From positions 16,471,488 to 16,535,487 of the forward strand of contig CM074520.1 of the NCBI GenBank assembly GCA_037379345.1: a DNA stretch of 64,000 bases, read 5' to 3'. Position numbers and translations under genes: made by a program. A model generated the notes under the pieces. That model was not told where the DNA came from. It did no database searches and worked only from the letters and a program-made list of their open reading frames with translations. This stretch comes from Perna viridis. Lineage: Eukaryota. Every line of letters begins with the position of its first letter. Positions within the stretch are counted from its first letter, which is position 1. Of this stretch, positions 24,764 to 38,544 are shown one piece after another.

Positions 24764-27674
24764 GTAATTACCATTATCTCCCCTTGTTCACTGAATAAAA
24801 TGCCCTTATCTATAATTGACATTCACTCCAGGACTAATTATTGATCATTATCAAGCAGTTAATAAAAGTTAATTAAAATTTGATCTCCATTCTTATTTTA
24901 ACCACACATTTCATCCTTTTTTGGGCCATATTTATTTAGTATAACCATGTCAAAATTTGTCTGGACACTTTCCATTTAGACGTGGTGGCTCATGGCTAAA
25001 GTAAACATCTCTCTTTTAAATGTAGTAGCCATTGAATATAAGTCTTGTGAAATCAGTTAGCAGGTACTTAACTAAGTCCAAATAGATAACATCATGCATA
25101 TAAGGTTCTGAATGAAAGGTTGCGTACATGGCCCAAGGCAAAGATGATAAGAGACGAAATATGATACGCCCACTTGTTACCTGATCCTTCGCCTTTAAAG
25201 TAAAAGTGATGAAAAATTTTGCTGGTGGGCAATCTGATAAAAGTTTAAATTGGCCTTTTTCTATTATTTTGAGTTTTTCTGTGAAGTAGTTATCTGATCA
25301 AAGAATATATGTTGCAGGGGGAAAAAAAAAGGTCTGGCTAATTTGAACACCAGTTGACCATGAAATAAGGTCATTAGCCTTGACCTTTGAAGCACAGTAC
25401 AAACAGGGCATACAAAAACAGAGAATGTTCGACCTCAAAACATTTGCTTTAAAAAATCAAAGTTACACTTCTAATCCTCATATATCTATGAAATATTTTA
25501 AATTCTGTTATCGGTGCATGTGTTCTAGCTCTTATATCCCAAAGGTAGGGAAAAAAAACAGATTTGGTGAAATGCAACAAACGCATCAGTGTGTAAATTA
25601 AATCTAGTACAATAAATACCTTCAGGGGTTCAGAATTGAATGTTTGGAGTCAATTTATATAATTCACAATTTTATCCAAATAATGTCTTAAGCTTCAACT
25701 TGTCTTGTGGGCTTTAACTTTATCAACTTAGTGCTGAAATGTTCAATTTCTAATAACGATCTTTTAAGTTTAAATTGAAATTTTCTCCCGCTCATACATT
25801 GAGGAAGGAATGCTAACTTTTCATTCTAACCACAAATGGGTGTAGATATTTTCCCATTAGACCTTGTGGGTGGATGTGTCGTACAGTTGTTAAAACCTGT
25901 TCCAGCATAATTACGTGGATTAGAAAGAAAGTTCAAAGGAAACTGCTCACAACAACGAGCAACATGTCAATCATGTGACCTTCTTATGTCGGTAGTCGTT
26001 GAATTTGTTCATCTTTAGGCAGATACTTTTTAAAATAACAACAGTGCAAATATTCAGTGCACTTGAGGTGACATGAAGTTGTAATGGCCTTGTTTGAAAT
26101 TCTTTCAGAAATTTGAGAACGTTTGTGCATAATATATTTATTGTAGATAGCATAGAATTTAACCTAATTAAATTCTTGTCAATTTGGTACCTTATAGTAA
26201 ATTTTGAAGGTATATAGGGAAAAATTATTTATATTGCACTTCATGGGTCTGTGTGATACATCAAGGCCTTTTCTTGATACCATCCCATCATATCTTTGAC
26301 GAGGAAAGTTCTGTGCTATATATAGTTACTAGTACTTGGAAGTTTAACATTACTCTAGCTGTTAGTTACATATAACAACTGCTAACTTGCAAACTGCTGT
26401 TAAAATTAGGAAGTTCCCAGGACCACTTCCCTGATAGTAACTCTAAAAGATATTGTTAGGACGGTTTCTTGAATAAATATTAGCCTAGATTTATGAAATA
26501 AACACCTCTTAAAAATAAGTGCTAAGTGTTTGTCACAACAACATGACAGTACCGATGGGAAAATTCTTTTCAGACATAGTACCATGCAGAGTTTATCTTC
26601 AGACATCAGGATATTATGGGTTTGCACTTTTCTGAAAACAAAGGTTGGATTATACTTTGCAGGGAAATAAATCAGATTTAAAAGATTATTTTTCTCAAAT
26701 TCTCCTGACAGTTACTAATTTACAAGGGTGGGAGGTTAGACAAGAAGGAATTGTTTCATGACAGAGTTTGTGTGCTGTATGTATAATGCAGTGAAAATAC
26801 CAAATGTTTGCACTGATTGTAGTAAACATCATAAATAAAGGAGTGTTTGGTTCAAACTTAGGAAATAAATGTGTTTTATTTTCTATTTTAAAAGTCTTTT
26901 TGTTAATGATATATACACTAGGTTTATGAGAAACATTTCTATATTACTAACTAGTACTGTTTATTAAACTTAAAATAAATGTTGGTCACACCGTTTTAAA
27001 TAAGACAGGGTCATAGCTTGACATGATTTTTCAAAAATTTCTTATTAACTTTGTTATTCAACTTCTTGTAAATTTACAGTAAATAAAGGTTAAACCAGAA
27101 ACCTGTAATTATTTATGTAAAATTGATTTGTACCCTAATTATATGGTAATTTCAAGGATATAAAAAAGGGCCTATTTTTTAATGAGATGTTTAGATAACC
27201 CATATGTTTAGGGATACAGTTATTATCTCCATGAAATTCTTTGTATACATTCTAAATTAGAGACTTGGCTTAAAAATATTCATATGATGTTACTGTTATA
27301 AATTGATATGAAAGTTATTAGGGCAGAACATAGAAATTTTGGTGAATTATTAGAAAATGTAGGAGGTTCAGCTACAAAACCAAGTGGTGACTTCCTATTT
27401 GTCATAAATAATAAACCGTTAGTGTCATTTACAACATGGATGACTGGACTGGAATAAGATGGACCTCATTTTAGTGACCAGGTGCTAAAAGAAGAGTTAT
27501 CTTATGATGTTAATTTCCAGTCACATGATCAGTGTACTAGGTCATCTCTGTGTAATGTGATCTTGTATTGTCAATTTCACAGTGAAAGGAATCTTGTTTC
27601 ATCCCCATCCCTGAATGGATTCTTGATTTTAGAATAAATACAAGATGGATTGAATTTAAGTTTTAAATTTGATA

Positions 27675-27720
27675 ATGGATATACATTCAGCAATAGAGTT
27701 AGCCTTGGAGAATTTAGTGG
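27675..27720 (+). CDS. Putative alternative first coding exon MDIHSAIELALENLV (phase 1)
   Basis: ataATGG start context, in-frame upstream stop, donor TGG|GTAAGT in phase 1. Confidence 0.5.
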
Positions 27721-28962
27721 GTAAGTGACACTTGTTGTGTATTTCTGAGAGAGAAATTGATTATTATTGGTCCATGACAAGATAAAGATGGTTTATGTAG
27801 TGAACATAGGTCAATAACAGCTTGAATATTCTGATCATAGAAGAATATTTAACATAATGTTTGTTTTTCTAGTCTAGTATTTTACATCAGTATTAATTTG
27901 ACTTTTGTGACTTGTATATACATTTTGTATATACTGGTGTATAAAGTCTTCTTAATTTTTGGATGGGCAGATTTAATAAGCTTTTGACTATTTGGAATGG
28001 GGAAACCATTTACAGCAAAGATGTTTGTAGTAGAAAGACCTTGTTAACATCAATAAAAAGACACGTTTGTGCTGAAAATTTATTAATTTCTTAACATATT
28101 CTGGTCCCCTGGATAAATACATGCAGAATCCTGTTTATTTTAGGCTTTTTCTTTGTTCCCATTTGAACAGTTTTTCATGCTTTAAATTGTTCAGTAGCTT
28201 ATGTCTCAATTAGGGTCAACTATTCATGGAAAAAATGCCATATTTCATACTAATGTAGTCTTTCATTTTTAATTTCTCTCCTATATGTTCAAGGCCCACG
28301 TATGGTGAATATAAGATGGTACGCACCTATACATTACATTGAAGGTGTCTCGTTTTTTCAATGGAAATTAATAGCTGTCATGAATTGAAAATATAATGTC
28401 AAAGAGAAAAGATGAACGTTCACTCGATTCAATGGCTCAGTGGACTTGGAAGAAATTGAAATTATATACTTTATAAATTTCAAATGAAATGTTTTTTAAA
28501 GGGCTAGTGTCATATTTGATAGACTCTTGTCATATCTTTGGCTATTTATCACGTTTTCTGCTCGGGTGAGTTTCGTTTTTTTTATCCCTGTACTTATATT
28601 GTTGCAATTTGTGTGGTCATGTTATTATTTACGTGAAGAGTTGAATACCATGTGAAGGAGAGGAAAGGTAGTCGTGTTTTAACTTAAGTGAGGTTTTACA
28701 TTGCAGGTTTTATGTCTTGAAAGATAATAATGAGATATTTGAAAATATTCACAATTAATACACAACTTTTAATGTTAAAGCATTAATATAGACTACAAAC
28801 CGTAAAAAAACTGCTCAAATAAACCACATAGACATGCTTTGAAACAGCTTGACGGTAAAAAGTCTTGTACAAGTTCTAATATATAACCCTGACAGACAAT
28901 GACTTCCTAGTAGCATTCTTAGATGTCAAAGTTCAAGTCGAAATGTACAAAAAGCTAGGTAC

Positions 28963-29140
28963 CAGGCCTGTAGCCAGGGATTTGGGGTGATGTGACACTC
29001 TCCTAAGCCTCTCTTTGAAGCCAAAAAAAAAATATGTTTAATAATGAGCTAAAGTTTATTTGAGGCCATCAAAGGGGGAAAGTGTTGTCTTGTAACTTTT
29101 TCTTAACTTCCCACCTAAAAAATATCTAGCTACAGGCCTG
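28963..29140. mobile_element. MITE with CAGGCCTGTAGC terminal inverted repeats
   Basis: CAGGCCTGTAGC at 28963-28974 and GCTACAGGCCTG at 29129-29140 (12-bp perfect match); no clear target-site duplication. Confidence 0.7.
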
Positions 29141-29666
29141 AATACTCTGTGTTCTCATTGTAAAAAAAAACTTTGATGTCATGTTGAAAGTATACAGCAT
29201 ACTCCTAATCAACATAATTTGTATGTCCTACATTAATATAGTACTGACATTATACATACTTTATCGTAAATAATGATGCTATTAGTCCTGAGGAATGTGA
29301 AAATTACATGTTTAAATGGTGAAATGGCCTGACTTAATGTCAGAAAGCTAAACCATGACCACTTAGGAGCTTTTGATGTACTGTACAATAATACAAATGG
29401 AAGTTAGCATGTAATATAAAGGGTATGATATAAATGTACGAAGTAGTCCTTATAACTGCTGTAATTATGGGCTGTCCTTTCTTGGTATTGATCAGGCCTA
29501 AGGACCAACAGTAGGCATATTAAGACTGAAGTATTTCCATATATACATAGATTAAAGGGTAGGACCCTTGAACCATTTGCTCTTATTTGCTGAAAAATGT
29601 CTCTTGAGATTTCAAAATTGTACATGTCGTATATGATGTTCAACCTGAGCAAAAACCTACAGTCGT

Positions 29667-29935
29667 ATATTATGCGCCTGCTCTGAAGGAGAGAGGGGTA
29701 TATTGTTTTACTCTTGTCCATGTTTTAAAAACTTTAATTGTCACACCTTTTTCAGTGACTACTGGTACTTATCACAGCACCTTGAAATGTTCATGCATTC
29801 TTCCTGTAAGTGTGCCATATGGTGGGATTCACCTTTGGAAGAAAACTTTGTGTTCACTAATACGGTTGATTTTCCTTATATTGTGATTGAAAGTGGCGTA
29901 TCACTAGTAACCCATCTCTCACAGATTTCTTGTTA
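29667..29935 (+). mobile_element. Degenerate HINE-like element
   Basis: TTATGCGCC..GAAG..GAGGGGTATATTGTTTTA..TGTCC start shared with 59916; end GTGGCGTATCACTAGT..CTCACAG..CTTGTT. Confidence 0.4.
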
Positions 29936-32900
29936 TGAACTGTAATAGAAAACTTTCCTATTGTCTGATGGAAGAGATAGCAATAACTTAGTGTCCTTGG
30001 ACATTAGTGTCATTGTCTTTGTTTGCAATTACCTAAATAAATTAATTTAATTCTAGACAAATAGTCAGCCAGATACAAGTTATTGCCTTCATTACCTTGT
30101 TTCAAGCTGGATATACTCAAGTAGAAATTTACAACATTACTATGGTAGCAGACTTTTCTTTTGTCCTTGAAATAAAGTTCATTGTAAATTCAAGGCTAAT
30201 TTTTAATAGTGTTTGTTTCAAACATTTGAACCTATTGTTTGTCCTGCAGAAAAGTTCAGTTATTTTGTGTATTTCCTGAAATTTCGGATATCCTGTGTAC
30301 TTCACAAATTCACAAATACACTTATAAAAAAAATTACGTTATATTGACTAGTACATGTGTATCTCTGAACTGCCTATATAGTTCTGGTATCTATAAATGT
30401 GCGGTGGTTTTTAGAAATTATTTGTATTTGTTTTGGTAAAGGGAGAGAATACCCCATTTAGAATTCTACTTTATTGTTTCATGATATATGTATCCAGGCT
30501 TGTGCTTTCAGTCTGCTGCGTATTCTTTAGCTCAATAAATAGTGGAGAATCTAACATTTTTAATAAGAGGAGACCTTATTTATTAATAGGGGTGGGTTTG
30601 TTCTCATTTTTTTTTATTTTTGTATATCTTGAATTTCAAAGACTTTTTTGTGATTCATTGAAGGCAATGTAATATGGTGTATTCTAAAAGTTGTTCTTTT
30701 TTTGTTTTATTGGAGTATGTCTATAGGCTCTGTCAGCCATTTATCTTACATTGTAGTTCATCCCTATTTCCTGGGAATATATAATGGTAATTTATTCCAA
30801 GTAATTTACTTCCTTGTATAGAGTTTTACATGGAATAGTCAAACTTTAAAGAAATAATAGAAATGATCACTATCAGTTTACTTAAATTATAGATAATCAT
30901 CACATTATACAAAATAATAGGCCTTCTATGATGTCTTGTTTGGGTTCAATTGAAGTTTAATTATTGAGGACTTTAATTGTAGATATGTTGATAGTTTAGT
31001 GTTCAGCTGACAGTAGGCTGGTCTGTCACATGCTTGGAGGCCAACTCAGCACTCCTTAAATTGTGGTCATTGTTTTTCTATTGGGAATGTCAATTTTTAT
31101 GTAAGTGCGAAAATTCTGGTGTTTTCGTAAAAGGTTGTCAAAAGTTAAAAGTTTATTTGAGTAATTTCAAAAGAATTCCAGTCCTCTGACCTTTATTTAT
31201 TTCTATGTTTTTAATTTTCTTTAATCATGGCATATTGCTGTTAATTACTGTTTACAATTGGTTGCTGGGCTTGGTCATACCCTGATAGAATATACTATAT
31301 GTAAGCTTGTCATATATTACACAAAGTTATAACATATTTGACTTTTATTAAACTAGTGACAGTATCTTTTTTCAAAAAGACCTTTTGTAAGTTTCTGAAA
31401 TAGTGGTCAAGATGATTGTTTATTTACCACTTAGTCCATTGATCTCTAACCCTCGAAATAATGTTCTTTTCAGTTTTTTATTGTATTTCAGAAATAAGAA
31501 AATTACTATGATTTGTGCCATCAAATTAATGATTTGTCTTCCCTTACTTGTCCATCCCATTGCCCTTTTCCTACTAGTCTCTCCTATTTTCTTTAAGATT
31601 ACTGTACAATTAGGCCATGCTAATAATATACTCGGTAAGTTATAAACTCCCAGCTGACTGTGTGTCTAAATAATCATAGAGGTTTACCGAAGCTTGTAAC
31701 ATTTTTGTATGATTTTGCTTATTTACATTATGGGGAAATAAATTAATCTTTGTATGGAACTATATTCCTTTGAAGTTATTTTGAAAACCATTCAGTGGTA
31801 ACTAGGTAAAATCTATTTTTGTCTTGTTATTCAAATGTATGCACTGACTGGTTGCCAGTGGCATGATGGAACTATTCAGGTCAAATGTTTAAAACATGTG
31901 TTGTTTTATTGATAGAGCTGTATCAGTTTCAGCTTCATTCTGCAACTGTTGTTGTCTTTAGTGGATGAATTTTCCTTTTTTGGTCATTTGCCAATATTTT
32001 CATCAATGGCTAAAAGGATTTTTTCTTAATTTTCATTACTGCTGCTTCTGTTATTTGGACAAACAGTTTTATCCAGTCACGATTTGTCAACACAACTTAA
32101 AATCATACAGTCTGTTTTGGAAGTCATCATCCACAGCCTGTTAGCAATTGGATTATCCTGCATTTTTAATCTTACAGCCCTAGCTGGATGGTGCTGTGGA
32201 CCATTTTCTTGTTTATTGGCCATTTTAGTTTAAAATTTAGTGTTCTTTTCCATTATCTTTCATCAACTCTTTAACTGGAACAATTTCTAATTCAGCATAT
32301 GATACAAGATTACGATAGTTAACTTCCTTTTTAGTTGTGTTGGCCTTACCAAAGCAAGTTTTTATATGGGCATTCAGACCTTTATTTAACCCCCAGTGGA
32401 GGTTGATTGACTTTTAATAGCCACAGTACTTACTCCTTTAAAATCTCAGAACTTCATATTTTATTGTTGATTTTGAAATTTTAAACATATGAGAATTTTT
32501 ATGCTCAGAATAATGAGTAGGATTAAATGCTGTAAAATGCCTTTTTGTTTGATAAAAGTCACCAATCTAAAACATTGTGGTTTTGGGGTCAAAAATGATT
32601 GAAAACAGACCTAAAAGTAATAAGATATTTAGGAAATTCATTGAATTTTAAAGATTAAAAGCATGTGAATAAGTTTATTATAGTAAAATGTGTTAAAAGA
32701 GTTAACCTAAATATTCCAGCACAATAGAAATTTAGGGTTTAAACATATTACTGAGTACTTGTGGTTTTTTGGGTACATTGAAATCTAATATATAGGGTAG
32801 ACTGATATATCATTGTTATGTTAGGATATCTTCTATAGATTGGGATGGGGTACCCTATATCAGGTGTCCTAATCTGCACCCATAAATTGGACCACAGTGA

Positions 32901-35900
32901 AAGAGGCTTTAAGACTGTCATGAAAAATTGAAAATATATGAATAGATTGTATGAAGAGACTTCTTGCACATTTTGAGGATGCTGCACTAAATTTAACCAA
33001 TTTCGAAGTTCTTTTTGTGGGTTTTAAATCAATGTTCGGTGTTTATTTTTATTTTCTGTTTTTCATCTTTTTTTTTCTAGAAAATATTTAAAAGTGTGTA
33101 TTGTCCTGTATTTTGAAGTTGTATTATTTGTGTTTTTAGTATCATTGAATTAAGTTTCCTTACTAATGCATACATGATTTGTGTAGTCATTTGTTTAAGT
33201 TGGTTTCTGAGTGAATAAATAATTCTTGAATATGTGGTATTAGTTGTACATATTACACAAGTTTTGATTTTGTGTTTTGGGAAGAAATTATAGTTAACTG
33301 AACTCTAATGAAATCAGAAAAAAAATGTAAAATATCTTGTGGAGAAAATTGAATATTTGCATAAAACTAAATGAAGGGTGTAACGGGATAGCAAGGTGAC
33401 TGGCCTTGAAATAAATTTTCTTCCTGTCAATTTTAACATAACACCAAATAATTGCATTAATCATTTTATGGCTCATTGGCATTAGTTCCAATTTGTACAA
33501 AATTCTCAAATAACTTGACAGATGTGAGGGCCAGTGGTCATAATCTACCAAACTTCCTTGTGACTGGGATTATACAATATTACCCATGATCCTTTGCACT
33601 TATTCCATCATTGTTGTAAGAAGGCTGTTTGATTGATTTCTTGTTAAATCAGGGATTAACTGCTGACCTTTTAGAAAAGTTTTCATGCAGAAATTTTCAT
33701 CTCAAAATTAGATTTTCATTTCAGTTCAAATGTTGTTTACAACAATTTCATATTAATTTAACTCTCAATTTTATGGAATGATTTAGCATATTTTTTTCAT
33801 AATTCATTTCTTCAAAATTGGAAAAACAGCTTTTGTATGCAATATTTAATTTGTTTTTTTAAAGTAAACAGTTACACAAAATGCCAAGGTTTGAACTGAG
33901 TTTAACCTTCTTCAGCACTTGTTGCCCTGACAAAAGTTTTTGGTCTTTGAGACAGAGGTCTTTTGTTGCAGAAACAAAGATATTCAGTGTCATCCTAGGT
34001 AGAATGTTACAAGTCAGATCTCAGAGTAAAATTTGATCTGTGTAGTTGCTTTATTGCCATTAAAAAGCTTTAAAGCTAAATGGGTCCATTAGTACAATCT
34101 ATAGAACTCTTGTTAAAGATGTAATCAAAAGTTTGATTTTCATTTTTTTAAAGTTTTAAACCATATGTGGTCATTAGAATAGTCTATGGACCATTTGTTG
34201 AAGATGTAACCCAAGTTACTGCTAAGTCATGGTATGATCACCATTCTTTTCATGGTGGGAAAACTCTTAATACTGACAAGATAGTCCACTGTTACACAGC
34301 ACCAGAGATACAAAGATGTCTTATATACTGTGATGCACTTGAAAGGTTCATTGAGAACTTACAAGACTTTAGTGTCATCAAATTACAGTAATGCCATTCA
34401 ATCTGTCTGTAGAAATCAATTGATATCCAGATGCAGTGCATTTAATTACTGTATCATGGTAGTTTAACCAGTCATTAGAGCATACTACTGTCATATAATT
34501 GTATAATTGCTGAACATGCAGTTATCTTGTCAGCTGTAAACACTCCAGTGTTAGTTTCAATTGTAGTTTATGCACACAGTTTGAGAAAAAAAAATCATGA
34601 TATAGCAATTCATAGTCACACACATAGTTCCTTAAATTGGAACTAGAATCAGCTTTCTTCATTTTTCTGTTAAAAGCTACTCGATGGGACACCTTAAGCT
34701 GCTCAGTCATTTGTATTCCAACATTAAGTAGTACTGTGTAATGACAAAAGTATGATTCAGAAGTATGTACAAAATCTTGGATAATAATACAATACTGATT
34801 GGGTGGAATTGTCTACTTTACACCATAACATTTATGAAGTGAAGGATAGTTGATCCCCGTCCTTCTTTGGAAGTTGCCCCTGAGTCAGAATATGCCATTT
34901 TCTGTTCTTTATTCTTCAAAAATTGGGGCTGGCTTTATTCAAGTAAGATATTAATTATTTTCCCATTTTCCTATGACAACCATGGGTCAACTTGACCGCA
35001 GCTTATCTTTATAATAAATGATAAATTAAATTATATTTCTAAACAAAACCGACATTCAATAATAAAATTGACCGTTTCTTTTATCAGATTAGATCCTAAC
35101 TTAAAGATAACAAGAATGACAACCAAAATTTTAACCTTGTGAACTTAATTATCAATGCCTAGTGGTATTGTTATGATTTTAATGTCTGGGAGCCACCAAA
35201 ATTATTTATAATTGATTATGATTATGAATATAAAATGATGTAGGATAAGTAGTCCCTCTGGGTGGTTTCTGTGACCTTTTTGATTGGTCACAGTTGGTCA
35301 TTTAGCCTAATTGTCCTGGATCACCTGTACATACAGGTAAAAGATGCATGTTTACCTGCAGTAAATTATCAACTGGTCAGGTATTTGCCAGACTTACATG
35401 GGTTATTGCATATCTGATCAATTTAGTGGGATTTATGTGAGTTTTGTTCATCAGGAATTTGGTCAGGAAGAATAGAGAATTAATTGACTATCAAAAATGT
35501 GTGCTTCATTTAATCTTGGCAGCTGATGAAGTAAATGGGCCTTGTGGTCATATAACAGAATGAGTAGCCCACCCTTCTGTTGTAATTCTAATACTTGATC
35601 AGTTTGATGGGAATTTATAATGTGTAAAAGTTTTTGACAGTTGGTGAATTTCTGAATTTTTGGAGAAAGTGTTGAAGTTTGAACTTTTTAAAAATAGGAA
35701 AGTTTTGACTTTTTAAGAAAGTTAAAATTATACATGTATTGGTTTTATTACATTTTCAAGGAAGTCGTGTACTTGTTATTGAAACTGTCATCAGTAACTT
35801 GTGATGTTCATATGATTTGCTATTTATAAAAAAAAGTGTGGAAGTTGCTTATAAGCTATTTTTAAGTGGACATGTTAAACCAGGAAATTTTCAACGAATA

Positions 35901-36115
35901 CAGTGTTAAAATTAAATAAAATTTCAGGGTTTTTTCGGTCTCCCACTATTGAGTGATAATTAGTCAATTCTACAAAGACTGCTAAATGACAAAATTTAGA
36001 ACTTTCAGAAAAGCTTAGGAAATTTGTCTAGAATGTATGCCTTCATCATGACCAGCATATTGGGACATTTATAAGTCACTATATTTCTAAGATTTCTAAG
36101 TGTAATTGAGAAACA

Positions 36116-36254
36116 ATGTTGAGCTTTGTGTCAGCAATTGTACAGAAACAAATACTAAAGTGGGAGTGGAGTTGTTGTGGTGGCCAGGAAGGAAGGAAGC
36201 GGGACAGTTGTGTACATTTATGTGCCTTCTATGAGGATGCTTATATCAAAAAGG
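36116..36254 (+). CDS. Putative alternative first coding exon MLSFVSAIVQKQILKWEWSCCGGQEGRKRDSCVHLCAFYEDAYIKK (phase 1)
   Basis: acaATG start, 46 open codons, purine-rich coding-like composition, donor AGG|GTAAGT in phase 1. Confidence 0.6.
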
Positions 36255-38531
36255 GTAAGTAGGAGCCTGGTTTTAAAGGCTTTAATATTTAGTGTGTGAC
36301 TTCCATTGGTAGAAATTATCAAAATTCTTGCAAATTTTAGATTTAATTAAGGCCTTTATGTACCATAAACTTGTTTTTGTTTGGTGCTCAGGAGTTAGTG
36401 TGAAAAAAATAATGCCCTGTCATTTACTAATAAGCACTTGCAGAACTTGGGGTCATTTACTATTGTATAATTAAAGTGTTAAATTTCAAGTCTTGAATTT
36501 CTCCCAAGGTCAAAGACAAGCTTTTATAGCATCAGTGACAAAAATATCTGTATTTGGAGAAGTGAAAATTATTAAGTACTTAACAACATTGCTATTCACA
36601 CTAACAATCTACAAATAAGTGAAAAGGGCTTGACAGATTTCATTGAAACTTTACACATTTGTAATAGTTTACATCTCTATAATCCCATTGTCAAGTACAG
36701 AGTCACTGTCCAGCTGTGTTATTTATAGAGTTGTTTTTCACACCTTGTTCCCCTAATGATTTATACCTGTATTTACCTCATTATACCTGGCCAGGTAATT
36801 AATTATATATCAAAAGGATGAGCCACATGTTGGTGTCTCATTAAGGCTATCAATGAACTGCTGTTGTAGTTCCATGATCTTTGTTTTTCAACAACAACCA
36901 GCTTCAATAATTGATATCTGGGGATATATAGTTATCAGTGGTACCAATAATCAGATAGCTATTTGCTTAATTCATGATGGAAGATGGCTCTGTCTACAAT
37001 CAATAATAATGGAACAACCTCACAGAATGGGAAGAGAGTTGAAAATGATCTCACTCTTTAGATTTATGAATACATAAAAAGTTGCATGCACCTCTGATAC
37101 TAAGTGTCATATATATTAAATGCAGAGAGGTTTGATATAGCAAGTCTTGGTTTCCCTTGGGTGACATGTACGCATGTATACTGAAACTTTGGGGACAAAA
37201 AAAACTGGTATCAGACTGGTTCTTAATTTGATCCAAAAAAAAAAATGACAGACCATTTATCATGTTTTTAGAACCACATAAATCATGCTAACACAGCTTT
37301 AAGAAATAACCATGATTTATGTATAAACAACTTTCAGGACATTTGGGGGAATCCCTTGGCACTACATGTACTGGTACATGTAGAAATAACCATAAATTAT
37401 ATAGATGTACATGGCACATTGACCAGAAGCAACACAAACTTACCACTAGCTGTCCATCTAATGTGACATCTTGGGGGATTAAGGTAGGGTTAGGGATTAA
37501 ACAGAAGGGTACCTGGATAATATGTATCAGAAAAGGGTGAATTATTCACAACTTTATTTCCATACCTAGAGATGGTTTTGTTATATACTATGTGTGTTCA
37601 GTATTTTTCCAAGTAAACCTTCATGGTCCTTAAGATATTCCTCCATTATTAAGTATGCAGCCTTAGAGGTTAAGTTTTTATTATTAATTTTTCTCACCAA
37701 ATTCAGAGATGAAATGTTTGTGTATCTAGCCCTTTTTCTTGCTTTAATTGTCCAATTAAATATGTCTAGGAAACTAATATTCTGGTCATGGATCTCTTAT
37801 TTGAATATCAATTTTATTTATTACTATAGATTACCATGTCTTAAAAAGTTTAGATCTTATTTGAAGTTCTAAATCCTATCTTTTTATTGACCAAACATTT
37901 AATGTTTGTCTTTGATACAACTTCCTCCACCAAGGCTAGTCGCATGTTACATTTTAAGAGCCATGTTTCTTGACCAAATCTGTCACATCCTGTACATGGT
38001 CAAATTAGCATACCTGCAAGATCAAATGGAAAACCTCAAAGGTGTTAAATGAAACTTTATGGTCAGTCAGTAGTCATAATGTCACATTTGAAGGCTTGTT
38101 AACTCATTCATGATGTTGCATATGGTCAGATTGTAATGAGGCTTGACCTTTGATCTTTATGGGTTTCTGTGAAGGTCATAGACAAAAGTCATTTACTTAG
38201 ATATGAGCTTCAAGTATTGCTTTCTTCTGATTTCCTTGAATTTAATATCGAAATCCACTTTAGGATTCTATAAATTAGCACAATTTTCTGTTAATTGTAT
38301 TTAAGGGAGATAACTCTTATCACAAAGTTCAAGAAAAGGTGAACTTGTAACATCACCTGTCTTGCAGATGTTGTTTAGATAAATGCAACTACTTTCTTAT
38401 ACTTTCCAGTGTAAAAAATGAATGCATTTCCCTTTCCTTGTTATATTCTGTATGATAAAATACCTTAAATTCTCTCCTTTCAACAATTGTTTATGATCAA
38501 TATTTTAAATAATAAAAGAAAATTTTGATTT

Positions 38532-38544
38532 ATGCTAAGTGAAG
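38532..38544 (+). CDS. Possible minimal first coding exon MLSE (phase 1)
   Basis: ATG CTA AGT GAA G|GTGAGT: consensus donor in the correct phase, but short enough to arise by chance. Confidence 0.3.

Noticed and set aside
29787-29811. Phase-1 ATG-ORF ending at T|GTAAGT
   Set aside because: Splicing to 46025 would create TAA; it also lies inside a repeat fragment.
31412-31634. Phase-1 ORF ending at TCG|GTAAGT
   Set aside because: The peptide is L/I/F-rich, as expected from T-rich intronic DNA. Too weak to call, though not excluded.
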